From positions 11,780,001 through 11,844,000 of the forward strand of contig CM059432.1 of NCBI GenBank assembly GCA_030390025.1: a stretch of DNA of 64,000 nucleotides, in the 5' to 3' direction. Each line of letters starts with the position of its first letter. The stretch's first letter is position 1. The stretch comes from Squalus acanthias (lineage: Eukaryota). Below, in pieces: positions 11,960-24,214 of this stretch. The notes under the pieces are model-generated. The model had not been told where the DNA came from, ran no database searches, and was given only the letters and a program-made list of their open reading frames with translations. The position numbers and the translations under genes are program-made.

Positions 11960-12914
11960 CTAGTTTAAATCCTTCCGAACAGCACTAGCAAACCCCACTG
12001 TGAGGATATTGGTCCCGCTTCTGTCGAGGTGTAACCCGTCCAGCTTGTACAGGTCCCACCTTCCCCAGAATCGGTCCCAATGCCTCAGGAATTTAAATCC
12101 CTCCCTCCTACACCATCTCTCCAGCCACGCATTCATCTGGTCTATTCTCCTATTTCTGCTCTCGCTAGCACATGGCACTGGGAGTAATCCTGAGATTACT
12201 ACCTTTGAGGTCCTGCTTTTTAATATATTTTTTACTAGCTCCCTATATTCTGCTTGCAGGGCCTCGTCCCTCTTTCTACCTATGTTGTTGGTACCAATAT
12301 GGACCATGACCTCTGGCTGTTCACCCTCCCCCTTCAGAATGTCCTGCAGCCGCTCAGTGTCATCCTTGACCCTGGCACCAGGGAGGCAACATACCATCCT
12401 GGAGTCACGTCTGCGGCCACAGAAACGTTTATCTGTTCCCCTTACGATAGAATCCCCTATCACTATTGCTCTCCCACTCTTTTTCCTCCCCTCCTGTGCA
12501 GCTGAGCCACTCGTAGTGCCACGGACTTGGCTCTTGCTGCATTCCCCTGAGAAACCATCTCCCCCAGCAGTATCCGAAATGGAAAATCTGTTGGGAGAGG
12601 GAGATGGACCCAGGGGACTCCTGCACTAACTTCCTAGTTCTTTTACTGTGTCTGGCGGTCACCCATTCCCTGTCTGCCTGTGCACTCTTTACCTGCGGTG
12701 TGACCACCTCGTTAAACGTGCTATCCACGAAGATCTCAGCCTCGCGGATGCTCCACAGTGACTCCAACCGCAACTCCAGCTCCAAAACGCGGATTTCAAG
12801 TAGCTGCAGCTGGAGACACTTCCTGCACACGTGTTCGCCCTGGACACCGAAAGTGTCCCTGAATTCCCACATAGCACAGGAAGAGCACTCCACGCTGCGG
12901 AGCTGCCCTACCAT
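11960..12914 (-). pseudogene. CR1 ORF1: CxxC...HxCxxC zinc finger, coiled coil, SGNH/GDSL esterase-like domain (frameshifted)
   Basis: VECSSC...HVCRKC; IGDSIVRG, HIGTNN and DGLHL esterase blocks. Confidence 0.88.
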
Positions 12915-13169
12915 GTCCTACCCTTAATTTACACCCTTTACTTCCTCTAAATTAAAGAATCTTAAATACACTAGGGACCTTACTTCACTTTACACACTAC
13001 TTACTCTAAACTAGAGACCTTACTTTTACTTTAACGACTGGACTGTAGAAATAATCACCAGGTCCTACTTACCAATCAGCTCCTTCCCTGGTTGTGACGT
13101 CACTTTAGCTGTTTTTTGCAGTCATCATTTTACCAATTTTGGAGTGCCAATAAAAAAAAAGAAAAACAA

Positions 13170-13600
13170 AAAGTTACATTTATATAGCGCCTTTCACAAC
13201 CACGAGACGTCCCAAGCCGCTTTACAGCCAATGTTGTAATGCAGGAAACGCAGCAGCCAATTTGCGCACAGCAAGCTCCCACAAACAGCAATGTGAAAAT
13301 GACCAGATAATTTAGTGTTGTTGGTTGAGGGATAAACATTGGCCAGGATCCTGGAGATAACTCCCCTGCTCTTCTTCAAAATAGTGCCATGGGATCTTTT
13401 ACGTCCACCTGAGAGAGCAGACGGGGCCTCGGTTTAACGTCTCATCCGAAAGACGGCACCTCCGACAGTGCAGCACTCCCTCAGCACTGCACTGGAGTGT
13501 CAGCCTGGATTTTTGTGTTCAAGTCCCTTGGAGTGGGACTTGAACCCACAACCTTCTGACTCAGAGGTGTGAGGGCTACCCACTGAGCCACTGGCTGTCA
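13170..13600 (-). mobile_element. Same SINE family
   Basis: Reverse-complement copy with A/B boxes at about 13535-13595. Confidence 0.85.
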
Positions 13601-14891
13601 GGCAATAAGATGGAAAATCAGAATGCTGCAGATGTTTTCTATTTCGGGCACCAGACTCATTTACAATCATTTCTTATCAAATAAAAATAAGCTATTATGT
13701 GTAGGGTGTACACTAAAAATCAGTTCAAAGATCAAGTGGTTCCAGATAGATGCTTTAACAGAGGAAATGCTTGTCATGGGAAGTTAGAGTCACTGTCATA
13801 TGCTCATCATTCAAAAAAGGAATGGAAAATAGTTTAGTTCCCTATAAGTCTCATGCTGTTGACTAGAGTATCTGAGTGTTCCATGCCATATTTGAGCACC
13901 CACAAGTATCTATTCCCTTTTGCAGGTGGAAGGAGATGTCACTATCTTGTAACACATTCCACCCTCGCCGTGACAACGTGATTTGTAAATGTGAAATATG
14001 TGTGTTATATCCCAGTGCACAACATCAACCTTCGTCCCTTGGCTGGTCTATGGGGAGAGAGGGGGAATATGGTATTGAGATAGAGGATCAGCCAAGATCA
14101 TATTCAATGGCGGAGCAGGCTCGAAGGGCCGAATGGCCTACTCCTGCTCCTATTTTTCTATGTTTCTATGTCTCAAAGTTAAGGGGGTTGAGTGCATCTG
14201 TGGTTGAAGTTTAAAGATTGTGGCCCAGAAATTGGTTATGGCCCATTTTCGGGCAGACAGCCAGCCTGGAATTGGCCCTCGGGCCTCATTTACATTATTT
14301 GGAGCCTGTTGCACCTCCACAGGCGACCCGCCCATTTTACACTGTTGATTATCGGGCTCCTCCTCCAGCCTTTATAAACTTCAACTCATCCGAAACTCTG
14401 CTGCCTGTTTCTGTCCCACAACAAGTCCTGTTCACCCCGACGCTTGCTGACCTGTTTTGCATCCCATTCCCCCAAGGTCTTAAATTTAAAATTCTCACCC
14501 TCGTGCCTTAATTCCTTCATGACATCGCTCCTCCCCTATCTCTGTCACCTCCTCCAGCCCTACAACCATCCAAGAACCCCGCGATCCTCCACCTGGCCAC
14601 TTGTGCATCCCCCACTCCCTTTGTCCCACCACTGGCGACTGTGCTTTCAAACATCCAGGCACTACACTCGAGAATTCCCTCCTTAAACCTCTCTGCCTCT
14701 CCACCTCTCTCTCCTCCATTAAAACCCTCCTTACAATCCACCTCTTTGAACAAGCGTTTAGTTATCCATCCCAATACCTCCTTCTTTGGTTCGGCATCCA
14801 CTTTTTGACTGATTACGCTTCCGAAAAACATGTTCGGATGTTTTTGTGTGTTACGGTCGCTATATAAATCCGTGCTATTATTGTAGTTATT

Positions 14892-15906
14892 GGGTCAAAT
14901 CTTGCTGGAGCGGGACATCTCAGAACATACACCGTTAGGTAGACTTTTTCCTGCACCCTTTAGCTTGAAACATTTTTTCGCCATAACTTGTTGGACATCT
15001 GGGATCTTAGTGAATGGCGGGACCAACAGTCTATCTCCTTAACCAATGATATTTAAGGCTTGAGAAAGAAACAGAGGAATGATTGTGTAGAATGGGCCTA
15101 TACTCTCTGGAGTTTGGAAGATTGAGAGGTGATCTCATTCTTGAAACATACAAGATTCTGAGGGGGATTGACAGGGTAGATGCTGAGAGGTTGTTTCCCC
15201 TGGGCTGGAGAGTCTAGAACTAGGGGGCATAGTCTCAGGATAAGGGGTCGGCCATTTAAGACCGGGATGAGGAGGAATTTCTTCACTCAGAGGGTTGTGA
15301 ATCTCTGGAATTCTCTGCCCCAGAGGGCTGTGGATGCTGAATCTTTGAGTATATTCAAGGCTGAGATGGATAGATTTTTGGACTCTAGGGGAATCAAGGG
15401 ATATGGGGATCGGGCGGGAAAGTGGAGTTGAGGTCAAAGATCAGCCATGATCTTATTGAATGGCGGAGCAGGCTCGAGGGGCCGTATGGCCGACTCCTGC
15501 TCCTAATTATTATGTTCTTAAAGGAAAAGTAAGAAAAAAATTAAAAACTTAACATTTTTAAAAATCTCTAAGTAGAATTTAATGCATGCAGGAATGGGAC
15601 TGAACAGTTTAAATTGTTCCCTTTCTGGGCCAGAGAGGTTGATTGGCATTTCATTATCGCGTCGTTAAAAGGGTACTTACGCCGTTAATTACCAGCCCCA
15701 ACTTTCTGCGGCGAATTTAACGGGCAATTGATGTGCAAATACAGCAAGTTCTTAAAAATAACGGGGAGGCTGAGGACGAGGTGCCGTTTGCGCAAAGCTA
15801 AAATCAACCAGCAGGTTCTGGAGATTCGGACATCACGGCGTATCTCCCCATCCCCCGAACTTGCTGGCCGATTGGCACATTGATAACGGCGTGCAAGATT
15901 TGGCCC
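14892..15906. mobile_element. Harbinger-like MITE with nested CR1 3' fragment (about 15085-15520, +)
   Basis: TIRs gggtcaaatcttgc / gcaagatttggccc; internal similarity to 57857-58614. Confidence 0.65.
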
Positions 15907-16766
15907 ACCGCGCCGTGTGAGTGAATTGGAACGAGGCGGGGAAGAGAGTGGACCAGCAGCAGCTCTGATGAAACTTTTGCGCTTCATCATATGTCACAAT
16001 AGAAAGGATCAGTGACTCGGGAGCATTACACGCCACAAAAATAACATTCTAATAATATACATTATGCAATAGAAATTACTGAGCGATGAATGGTTCATTG
16101 CTACGGTGCAATTTTGGCTATTCATTTCTGCACATTTGGAGGCTGTTAAATCAAAGTTTAAACACAGCAGTTTTACTGAAACCCAGCTGGGAGCAACAGC
16201 CGGAAATATCCCGGAATAATTAGCATGCGATGCCAAATACTGGGTAAAAGCAGGAACCAGTACTTCCTGTATAATCCTCGGTGCACACTTTCACCCAACA
16301 GATGCAGGGTCTGCTGTAACACACAGTGAAATAAACCCACTGTCATTACATTTCAGCCCCTGGAGTACAACAGCACCTCAGTTCAAATCATGTGATTCAG
16401 CATTGGCAATCTGTCATCATCATTGACACCTCCCATGTCTTTTTGGGTGTTTTGTTTCTGCTGAATGAGCCCATTCTCTCCACAAACCCCAGATGTATCT
16501 TATTAATAAAAAACGTTTTGTGTCCTTATGAATAAATGAATGCCTGTAGAGTTCCCACTCACTTTAACCATGGTATGGGATCATTCAGCTCCCAGACCAT
16601 GAGAAAGAAAGCAGCCATACAAGTCTGATCCCCAGGCTCTGTCGTGCACGCTGTGTCAGACCAGAAACGTACAACTCGATTCAACTCTACACCCACCCTC
16701 CTTCTACTGACCTGACACAGCTGTCCAGCCTCCCTGTTCTTGGCCCGACCTGACTCTGAAAACTCG

Positions 16767-17280
16767 GGGCTCCTGGCCCAATGTGACTCGACAACCTCCG
16801 GGCTCCTGGCCCAATGTAGCTCTGAACCTCCGGGCTCCTGGCCCAATGTGACTCTGAACCTCCGGGCTCCTGGCCCAATGTGACTCTGAACCTCCGGGCT
16901 CCTGGCCCAATGTGACTCTGAACCTCCGGGCTCCTGGCCCAATGTGACTCTGAACCTCCGGGCTCCTGGCCCAATGTGACTCTGAACCTCCGGGCTCCTG
17001 GCCCAATGTGACTCTGAACCTTCGAGCTCCTGGCCCAATGTGACTCTGAACCTCCGGGCTCCTGGCCCAATGTAGCTCTGAACCTCCGGGCTCCTGGCCC
17101 AATGTGACTCTGAACCTCCGGGCTCCTGGCCCAATGTGACTCTGAACCTCCGGACTCCTGGCCCAATGTGACTCTGAACCTCCGGGCTCCTGGCCCAATG
17201 TGACTCTGAACCTCCGGGCTCCTGGCCCAATGTGACTCTGAACCTCCGGGCTCCTGGCCCAATGTGACTCTACAACCTCC
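16767..17280. repeat. 32-bp minisatellite, about 16 copies (gggctcctggcccaatgtgactctgaacctcc)
   Basis: Head-to-tail units with few variants; explains the three overlapping repetitive minus-strand ORFs (32-aa period = 3 units). Confidence 0.97.
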
Positions 17281-17597
17281 ACGCTCCCAGGCTGACCTTG
17301 CACCTTGACCTTGATTTTTTTTTGCACACCGACCCAATGCTGCAGTCAGCCCATCACCATCTGTGTTATAATAACATAATATTTATAATAATAAGGTTGG
17401 AGTGTGGCACAGTCATGTGTCGGCAAAGATAGCAGGTTTCCTTCCCTGAAGGACATTAGTGAACATTTCTGACAATCTAATATCTTTCATGGTCCTTTCA
17501 CAAATGACTAGAGTTATCGAATTCAAGTTGCCACAGTGGAATTATGAACTCATAACAACTACACTACCATTCCGGCATAATCTCAAGGTTAACTACT

Positions 17598-18060
17598 GTG
17601 TCAGCCGTGGCTCAGTGGGTAGCACCCTCACCTCTCAGTCAGAAAGTTGTGGGTTCTAAGTCCCACTCCAGAGACTTGAGCATAAAAAGCCAGGCTGACA
17701 CTCCAGTGCAGTACTGAGGGAGTGCTGCACTGTCAGAGGTGCCGTCTTTCGGATGAGACGTTAAACCGAGGCCCCGTCTGCTCTCTCAGGTGGACGTAAA
17801 AGATCCCCTGGCACTACTTTGAAGAAGAGCAGGGAAGTTATCCCCGGTGTCCTGGCCAATATTTATCCCTCAATTAACATAACAAAAACAGATTATCTGG
17901 TCGCCATCACATTGCGGTTTGTGGGAGCTTGCTGTGCGCAAATTGGCTGCCGCGTTTCCCACATTACAACAGTAACTGCACTTCAAAAGTTGGCTGTAAA
18001 GCCCATTGGGACATCCTGTGGTCGTGAAAGGCGCTATAGAAATGCAAGTCTTTTTTTTTC
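17598..18060 (+). mobile_element. Same SINE family
   Basis: Full copy from gtcagccgtggctcagtgg to aaatgcaagtcttt. Confidence 0.85.
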
Positions 18061-18419
18061 TCTTTTATTCCCTATTTCAACACAGCTCTCCCAACAGAGC
18101 CTGCAAGCTGACCTCTTGCGTTCAAATATCCCCGAGGCTATACGTTTGGCCGGGGTCAGGGGCACATCTCTGTGGCAGGTGGAAGTCTCGTCCCACCAGA
18201 GATGCGCCTCAGGCAAAGGGGGCCAGAAAGCCCCGGCCACTGCCTTCCGGAGAGGGGAGAAGATTTTGGCGGAAAAAATGTGCTTGTGATTTGTCTACAA
18301 TAATTGAGACGAATGTGAACTAGAGGATGTTCTTTGGGGACCCATTCCACACAACGGTCTAGAAATTTGGGCGCGCCCATTTTTGGGCACTGCATGCCGA
18401 TTCGTTGGGCCTTTAGCAA

Positions 18420-18748
18420 TATTTCCCCTCGTGGGGAAATCTAGAACTCGGGGACATAGTTTCAGAATAAAGGGTCGCCCTTTTAGAACTGAGATGAGGA
18501 GGAATTTCTTCTCTCAGAGGGTCGTAAATCTGTGGAATTCTCTGCCCCAGAGAGCCGTGGAGGCTGGGTCATTAAATACATTTAAGGTGGAGATAGACAG
18601 ATTTTTGCAAGATAAGGGAGTGAAGGGTTATGGGGAGCGGGTGGGGAAGTGGCTTTGAGCCCAAGATCAGCCATGATCTTATTGAATGGCGGAGCAGGCT
18701 CGAGGGGCCAAGTGGCCTATTCCTGCTCCTATTTCTTATGTTCTTATG
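18420..18748 (+). mobile_element. CR1 LINE 3' fragment
   Basis: SRTRGHS...RVVNLWNSLP and ttcttatgttctta tail. Confidence 0.88.
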
Positions 18749-19013
18749 ATGGCTCGTAATGACCGTGCACTTCTTGCCCGCCATATTGGAGGCTTAGTGG
18801 GCCGTTTAGCGGCCTAGAATCGGGTGCTGAACGGCCGAATTTCGAGCCAATATTTACCCAACGGGTCAATAAAATATCAAAATGGAGAAGATTTTTTTTG
18901 CAAGTTGTATAAATGAATCTAGTTGCAGTTTCAGCCAGTGTAGGTTATGGCTGTTTTAATTACATGGTGCTATTCTTGTATTGATCTAAGTGTCGTTATT
19001 GCTCTCCCTGCAG

Positions 19014-19084
19014 TTGTGTTTCTGCTGCCGAACGAAGAGATTCTCTATCTTCACCTGGTCCTACACCTGCCAATTCTGTAAAAG
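19014..19084 (+). CDS. SPIRE1: SPIRE1 exon, FYVE-type zinc finger start ([24 protein letters not shown])
   Basis: ctccctgcag|TTG ... AG|gtttgt; 71 nt, phase 0-2. Confidence 0.96.
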
Positions 19085-19149
19085 GTTTGTCACACACTCC
19101 TCTTCGACATTTCTTCATGCAGCTTTCTTATTTTCCACCTTATCATGCA

Positions 19150-21095
19150 CTCGTTCCTTTAAATTGGGAAATTGCAAGTGTCACTCTGCTATTTAAGAAA
19201 ATGAGAGAGGGAAACCAAGGAATTATAAACCAGTTAGCCTAACATCTATTGTCGGGAAATTACTAGGTCTATAAGGGGAGGGGGGGGGGGGTGGGAAGAA
19301 AGGGTGAAAAGTTTACAAGAGACAGAAACTAACTGAGCAAATCTGTTAATGGGTAAAATGACAGAAGATCAATGGGAGGAGTTCAAAAAAGAATTTAATG
19401 TGACACAGACCAGTGTATACCCCTATGGGGCAAGAGCTCTACTTGCCAAAATAAACAGCCATGGACGACTAAAGAGCTAAGGGACAACGTAAAACTAAAA
19501 GAAAAAGCAGAAAACATGCAAAAAATAATACAGATGCTGGCGAATGGGAGAGATACAAAGAACAACAAAGGGTGAGAAACAGATCGTAAGAGCTACAGAA
19601 AGGGAGTATGAAAAGAAACTCGCAAAGAATATCAAAATCAACACAATTTTGTTTACAATTATATTAGGAAAAAGAGAGTGGTCAAGAGCACTGTAGTTCC
19701 CTTAAAAACTGATAATGGTGATATTGTGAATGAAAATAAGGAAATGGTGGACATGTTAAATAATTACTTTGCGTTAGTATTTACAGTAGAGGAAGAGGAT
19801 AGTATGCTGGACACCCCAAGGAAACTAATTTTGAATCAGGGACGGGGACTCACCATAATTAACGTAAGCAAATTAACAGTAATGAAAAAAATAATGGCAC
19901 TTAAGAGTGACAAATCCCCAGGACCAGATGGTTTCCATCCCAGGGTTTTAAAGGAAGTAGGTGAGCACATTGCAGATGCCCCAGCTATAATCGTCCGAAG
20001 TTCTCTTGATTCAGGCACCGTTCCTTTAAATTGAGAAATTGCAAGTGTCACTCTGCTATTTAAGAATGGCGAGAGAGGGAAACCAGGGAATTATAAACCA
20101 GTTAACCTAACATCTATTGTCGGGGAAATTACTAGAGTCTATAATTAAGGATAGAGTGACTGAACACCGTGAAAATTTCCAGTTGATCAGAGAGAGCCAG
20201 CATGGATTTGTGAAAGGTAGGTCATGCCTGATGAATCTGATTGAATTTTTTGAGGAGGTGACTAAAGTAGTGGACAGGGGAATGTCTATGGATGTTATTT
20301 ACATAGACTTCCAGAAGGCATTCGATAAAGTCCCCCATAAGAGACTGTTAGCTAAAGTTGAAGCTCATGGAATTGAAGGCAAATTATTGACCTGGTTAGG
20401 AAATTGGCTGAGCGGCAGGAGACAGAGAGTAGGGATAATGGGCAGGTACTCAAATTGGCAGGATGTGACTAGTGGCGTCCTGCAGGGATCTGTGTTGGGG
20501 CCTCAACTATTCACTGTATTTATTAACGACTTAGATGACGGGATTAGAGAGCCACATATCCAAGTTAGGTGGCATAGTAATCAGTGTAGGTGGAAACATA
20601 AAATTGTAAAGAGATATTAATAGATTAAGTGAATGGCCAAAACTGTGGCAAATGGATTTCAGTGTAAGCAAATGTGAATTCATCCACTTTGGACCTAAAA
20701 GGGATAGAACAGGGTACTTTCTAAATGGTGAAAAGCTAGAAACAGTGGAGGCCCAAAGAGACTTGGGGGTCCATGTACATAGATCATTAAAATGTCATGG
20801 ACAGGTACAGAAAATAATCAAAAAGGCTAATGGAATGCTGGGCTTTATATCCAGCGTACTAGAATACAAGAGGGTAGAAGTTATGCTGCAGCTATACAAA
20901 GCCCTGGTTAGACCACACCTGGAGTTCAGTGAGCAGTTCTGGGCACCACACCTATATTGGCTTTGGAGGGAGTGCAGCGTAGGTTTACCAGAATGATTCC
21001 CGGACTCCAAGGGTTAAATTGCGAGGAGAGGTTACACAAACTAGGGTTGTATTCCCTGGAATTTAGAGAATTAAGGGGTGATTTGATTGAAGTAT
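19150..21095 (+). mobile_element. Degenerate CR1 ORF2 fragment
   Basis: Broken ORFs 19678..20034, 20117..20620 and 20652..20996 with RT motifs. Confidence 0.9.
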
Positions 21096-21664
21096 AATGT
21101 TTCTCATTCATCAAACCTGTCAAAAGAGGAAACGAAGTCTGCCTCAATAAGGCTCTTGTTATTACATTCAGTGCATCTTAACAGGATGCTATTTAGTTAT
21201 GCTTGTTCTTGCATCCAGGGCAGCGAGATGCGAATGTGAGTAAACACAGCTGTTTCTTCCCGAAATAAACGGGAGCACTTCAGACACTATAACCGGTAAC
21301 TTTGAAATTGACGTCAATGCAAATGAGTAATGGTCGCTGCTTTTTGGTTGATATAAGCGACTGCCCTTTTTAAACGTGGACATTTTAAGCGGTGGGGACC
21401 AACGTTCCCGTTAAGCTGCGGCTGCAGGTCTGCTGGTCCCTCGCAGGCCGCTCACCGGCTTTTAAATGGAAAAAATGCGAGAAAGTTTGATTGAGCTGCG
21501 CAGCCAGTTAAAGGGGCCGCGCGCTCAAAAAAAAATATTGGTGGAGACTGTATACATACCACGTGCATTAAAATCCCTCATAAAATAGGAAGCTTCATCA
21601 ATATACAGTCCCCCACATCCAGCAATGCATTAGGTGAAGAGAAAACAAACTACTTGATCACTTA

Positions 21665-22151
21665 TACAAAAGCAAAATACTGCGGATGCTGGAAATCTGA
21701 AATAAAAACAGAGAATGCTGGAAATACTCAGCAGGTCAGGCAGCACCTGTAGAGAGAGAAACAGAGTTAACATTTCAGGTCGATGACCCTTCGTCAGAAC
21801 TGGAAAAAGCTGGAGATTGAACAGGTTTTTAAGCAAGTGCAGGGGCAGGGAAAGGGGGGAGGGGAGGAAAGAACAAAAAGGAAGGTCTGTGATAGGATGG
21901 AAGGCAGGAGAGATTAACAGACAAAAGGGATGATGGTGCAAGGCAAAAGGAGATGGTAATGGGACAGGTTAAGAAACAAAAGATGGCTCTAGATGAAGTG
22001 TAAATGGCACTGGCATAATGATCGACAGCTGCCATGTGAGAGAGAGAGAAAAAAAATTGAAAAAAAAGATAGGGGCCGAGGTTATGTTCTGAAATTGTTG
22101 AACTCGATGTTGAGTCCAGAAGGCTGTAAAGTGCCTAATCGAAAGATGAGG
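21665..22151 (-). mobile_element. Penelope-like 3' fragment with 14-bp TSD
   Basis: Matches 59733-60135; TSD tacttgatcactta at 21651-21664 and 22152-22165. Confidence 0.85.
21765..21801 (-). ncRNA. Minimal hammerhead ribozyme, family A copy
   Basis: agtt-CTGACGA-a-gggtc-atc-gacct-GAAA-tg-TT-aact. Confidence 0.7.
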
Positions 22152-22197
22152 TACTTGATCACTTAACTGTTTTTAATACTCGATTGTCTTTCCACAG

Positions 22198-22225
22198 ACC
22201 GGTGTGTTCACAGTGTTGTAAGAAG
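22198..22225 (+). CDS. SPIRE1: SPIRE1 28-nt exon (R-PVCSQCCKK)
   Basis: ctttccacag|A CCG GTG ... AAG|gtatgt; phase 2-0 joins the flanking exons in frame; not in the ORF track. Confidence 0.95.
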
Positions 22226-22343
22226 GTATGTTCAAATTGTTGATATTTGCATCTGAATTAATTCTTCTTTCTGTGGCTATCAAAAACAGTCTTCGTTTAA
22301 AAAAAAAAATAAACGAGTGCTTTGTTTTTTTTTTGCGGTTTAG

Positions 22344-22489
22344 ATGCGACTACCCTCCAAACCATACAGCAATCTTCCCATCTTTTCCTTGGGACCATCA
22401 GCCTTGCCAAAAGAGGGGAAAGCAATAAAGCCAGAGAAGCTGTCAGGCAGCCGGCGTCGGCACGATAGTCAACACAAGTGTCTAGTCAG
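22344..22489 (+). CDS. SPIRE1: SPIRE1 exon ([49 protein letters not shown])
   Basis: ttttgcggtttag|ATG ... AG|gtacga; 146 nt, phase 0-2, after a 118-nt intron. Confidence 0.95.
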
Positions 22490-23099
22490 GTACGAAACAC
22501 CCTGCCGCCTCCCCGAGAGGCCAAAGCATTTCAGTCATTTTGTCGGAGTTGCCTGATCAATTAAAACAAAGGCAAAATACTGCGGATGCTGGAAATCTGA
22601 AATAAAAAGAGAAAATGCTGGAAACACTCAGCAGGCCAGGCAGCATCTGTGGAGAGAGAGAACTGATGAGTTTTGATGGCAGGTCATTGACCTGAAACGT
22701 TAACTCTGTTTCTCTCTCCACAGATGCTGCCCGACCTGCAGAGTATTTCCAGCACTTTCTCTTTTTATCATTGCTTGGTCAATTCTTGGAGTTTTAGCAA
22801 CAATTTTACATTTCTATCGCGCTCGCTACATATCAGAGCGATGTACATGGCAGCGGAGAGTGACAGGGCGCCAAGCGGGCAGGGACAACAAGGACGGGAA
22901 GAAGTTCAGCAAGGACAAAAGCATGGTTGAGGAAGAAGCTCTTACGGAGGTCGTTGGAAGGCAGGGAGGGAGGTGCCAAAGTGGAGATGCTGAAAGAGGG
23001 AGTTGCAGAGGGCAGGAGCAAGGTGGCTGAAGAGGTGAAACAGAGAGAGCAGGAAATGAGACATGCGTTGGATGTTGGAGACTGTGGATGTTGGGCCAA

Positions 23100-24165
23100 T
23101 TGAAATTTTCAAGATGGAGATTGATGGATGTTTGTTAGGGTAAGGGTATCAAGAGATATGGAACTAAGGCAGCTCAAGAAGTTGAGGTACATATGATCTA
23201 ATTGAATGGCGGAACAGGCTCGAGGGGATGGATAGCCTATTCCTGTTGCTATGTTCCTATGAAAGCTAACCAAATCTTGGGATCCAAAGTCAGAGGGCTA
23301 GAGCACAAATCATAGGTGGTGATAAGTTTGCACGAGACACTGGTATGGCCACACCTGGGGTACTGTGTACCGTTATGGTCACCATTTTGCATCAGGGATT
23401 TCCAGGCATTGGAGGCTTTGCAAAAAAGGGCAACTAACTAAGGCATTTGATCAAGGAGAAGAGGTTGATGAACAAAGTACTCCTGGTGGGGTCTGACCAA
23501 GGCTCTGCCCAACTGAAGCATCACTTCCTCACCTTTGAATGCCAACCCCCTTGAGATAAAGTCAACATTCCATAGTTACTTTTTATATCAATGCATTTGT
23601 CTTTCTCAGATCCAAAGTGGAAAACCTCACACTTCCCCACACTGAACACCATCTGCCGTAGTTTTGTCCATTCACTTAGTCTGTCTATGTCCTTTGTAAC
23701 TTCCTGCTCCCATCCACACAACTTACTCTGCCTCCGAACTTGGTGTCATCTGCAAACTTGGATATACAACTCTCTATTCTTTCATTAAGTCATTGATAAA
23801 TATGGTGGAAAAACTAAGGCCCCAGTACAGATCCCCGGGGGGAACACCACTTGTCACATCCTGCCAATCAGAGAACAAACCCTTTCTCCCTACTCTCTGT
23901 CTCCTACCTCCCAACCAGTTACCAACTCATTCCACAATGTTATCTTCAATTCTGTGCGCTCTCATTTTTGCTACTAATCTCTTGTGTGGAACCTTATCAA
24001 ATGCCTTCTGGAAGTCCATATAGGAAGCATCCCTAGAGACTCCCTTATCCACCATGCTAGTGGCCACCACAAAAAATTCAACCAGATTAGTCAGATATGA
24101 CGTACCCTTCACAAATCCATGCTAACATTTTTTGATCAGCTGATACTTGTCCAAGTGCTCAGTTT
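23100..24165. mobile_element. Cluster of old CR1 fragments in both orientations
   Basis: CR1 tail at about 23100-23260 (+); RT remnants 23521-24112 (-). Confidence 0.75.
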
Positions 24166-24214
24166 AACCCCCAAAAATGGAAGGGTTTGGGTCGGGTGGG
24201 AGCTTAAAGTGTTA

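Larger units (their letters stand above)
7628..13110 (-). mobile_element. Near-full-length CR1-clade LINE (5'UTR, ORF1, ORF2, 3' tail), frameshifted and interrupted by a hAT element
   Basis: ORF1 pieces 12914-12429 and 12463-11960; ORF2 11933-9636 continued by 9706-9086; 3' end resumes at 7865 and runs to a (ttcttatg)-type tail near 7630; CCAAT (13072) and TGACGTCA (13096) in the 5' region. Confidence 0.93.

Noticed and set aside
16767..17280. CRISPR-like array or repetitive protein gene (ORFs 16559..17230, 16687..17337, 16704..17327)
   Set aside because: Units are contiguous with no unique spacers, there are no cas genes, and the context is a vertebrate intron; the ORFs follow from a stop-free repeat unit.
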